Assembly (NCBI GenBank): GCA_964252035.1
Contig: OZ176204.1
DNA from: Podarcis erhardii
Lineage: Eukaryota
DNA: 64,000 nt
Direction: 5' to 3' (one strand)
Position 1 is the stretch's first letter. Each line of letters begins with the position of its first letter. The notes beneath the pieces are model-generated. The model did no database searches. It saw only the letters and a list, made by a program, of their open reading frames with translations, and was not told the origin of the DNA. Shown here piece after piece: positions 62,437 through 64,000 of this stretch. Made by a program: the position numbers and the translations under genes.

Positions 62437-62825
62437 TGGTATTGAGGACCCCTGTACCTCAAAGACTGCCTCTTCCCGTATGAACCAACTCAGACCCTGC
62501 GATCATCATCTGAGGCCCTTATTCGTGTGTTTCCTCCACAAGAGGTCTGGAAGGTGGCAACCTGAGAAAGGGCCTTCTCTGTGGTGGCTTCTGGTTTGTG
62601 GAATGCTCTCCCCAGGGAGGCTCACCTTGCATGCTCATTACATATCTTTAGGCATCCGGCGAAAACTTTCCTTTTCTCCCAGGGCTTTGGCTAGTTAAGT
62701 TATATACGGACTTCTAAACTGTGGGGGCTGTTGTCGTCTGCTACTCTGTTATATATCTTTATGTTTTTATATTATAAACTGCCCTGTGATCCATGGTTGA
62801 AGGGCAGTACAGAGATTTAATATAA
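62437..62825 (+). mobile_element. L2 LINE 3' end
   Basis: cctcaaagactgcctcttcccgtatgaacc...agggccttctctgtggtggct...tggaatgctctccc...actgccctgtgatcc...gaagggcagtac. Confidence 0.75.
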
Positions 62826-64000
62826 TTGCATACTTTTAAAAAAAAAAACATGTCCTCAGGGCAGCTAACAGAAAATTAATAAAAACAATGCATAATAGAA
62901 TAATTAACAAGGGGGGGAATTGCACCCCCCCCGAAACAGCAACAACTATTTAATTTTCTATTTAGAAATTTTAAATGGCAGATATTTATTTATTCATAGG
63001 AATAATTATATACCACCAGCTCCTAAAAATCTCATGTGGTTTGTGTACAATAAAATCATGAAAACATAAAATAATGAGCATGTATGTTAAAAATTGGATT
63101 ATTGTCCTTATTCCAGAAGGGAGATTAAAAAAGGGTGGTGACTGCAACAATTATATGTGATACGGCATTTACTGAGGAGTCATGGGATAAAGTAGGTTAA
63201 ATTAATGCAGACACACAACAGGTGAAGACAAAATAGCCCTCTCCAGGTCTTTAAAGTACACACATGGACATCAGTGGAGGAGATCAGAGTTCCAGATCAT
63301 GGTCAGAATTCTACACATGTTCAGCTGAATGCATGAATGTCTCCCTTCGGACCTTCCTACTCAACAGAAGAAGGCTCAGGGTGGAGCTGGTGGGATGATG
63401 GGCTAGCACACATTGGACCCTTCAACAGTTTATGCCCACACACATTCTTTAAATGTTTGAAGAGGGCTAGCATCAATGGAATTTCAGTGTTGGTTTCCGG
63501 AGTTCTCCATTTTTCAGTTCTAGATCCCACAGAGGTAGAGAACAGTCTTTGTATGATAGCAAAATAGACATTGGGTTGGAAACAAATCAACAAAATCCAA
63601 ATTAACCACACATTAGCTATTGTGAATTGTCACTCCATACAGTTCTTTTGATGTGCATCCCATTTTTCTGCTCTTGTTAGAATTTGTAATTATGCTTCTA
63701 GGGGAAGGACATCAACAGTCCTATGTGCGTGTGCACACACACACAAACAAGCATGCCAATTTCAACAATTGCATGCAGAAGGGTGTACACCTTGAAGACA
63801 AACATCCTGACATTGTAGCCTCCATCCCAGCCTTTGCAATTGTGAGTTTCTGACCTCAAACTTCTATTCATGGTTCTGGAAATGCACAGAACAGCTATCG
63901 AGGCTTCTCAACAAATGTGGCTGGCTTCTTAAGATTATATGCAAAATGAGAGGGAAAACCACAAGGATGCATTCGACAAATCGTTATAATAAATTGATTA

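Larger units (their letters stand above)
24623..64000 (-). other. ZCCHC24: ZCCHC24 large upstream intron (continues beyond the window)
   Basis: No segment encoding the expected upstream CCHC exon (...NYLCHLCFNKGHYIKDCPQ) was seen by eye in 24623-64000. Confidence 0.65.

Overview
Vertebrate genomic DNA. The repeat content (Sauria SINEs, CR1, L2, hAT MITEs, Penelope remnants) points to a squamate, probably a lacertid lizard (inference). The only protein-coding gene I can support is the 3' half of ZCCHC24 on the minus strand: a 165-nt internal coding exon (24622-24458) and the last coding exon (14361-14248). It is followed by a long AU-rich 3' UTR that may run to about 6.47 kb. Upstream exons were not found, so 24623-64000 appears to be one intron of more than 39 kb. 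The rest is transposon debris, microsatellites and candidate enhancers. The most notable item is a young Penelope-type inverted insertion in the 3' UTR, with a 14-bp target-site duplication. It carries an intact-looking minimal hammerhead ribozyme antisense to the mRNA, while both sense-oriented copies in the gene are broken. Also noted: clustered miR-30 and miR-200b/c/429 seed sites, a possible alternative terminal exon, a solo LTR and nested insertions. Repeat family names are from pattern recognition, not database searches. I found no evidence of a wholly new multi-gene system.
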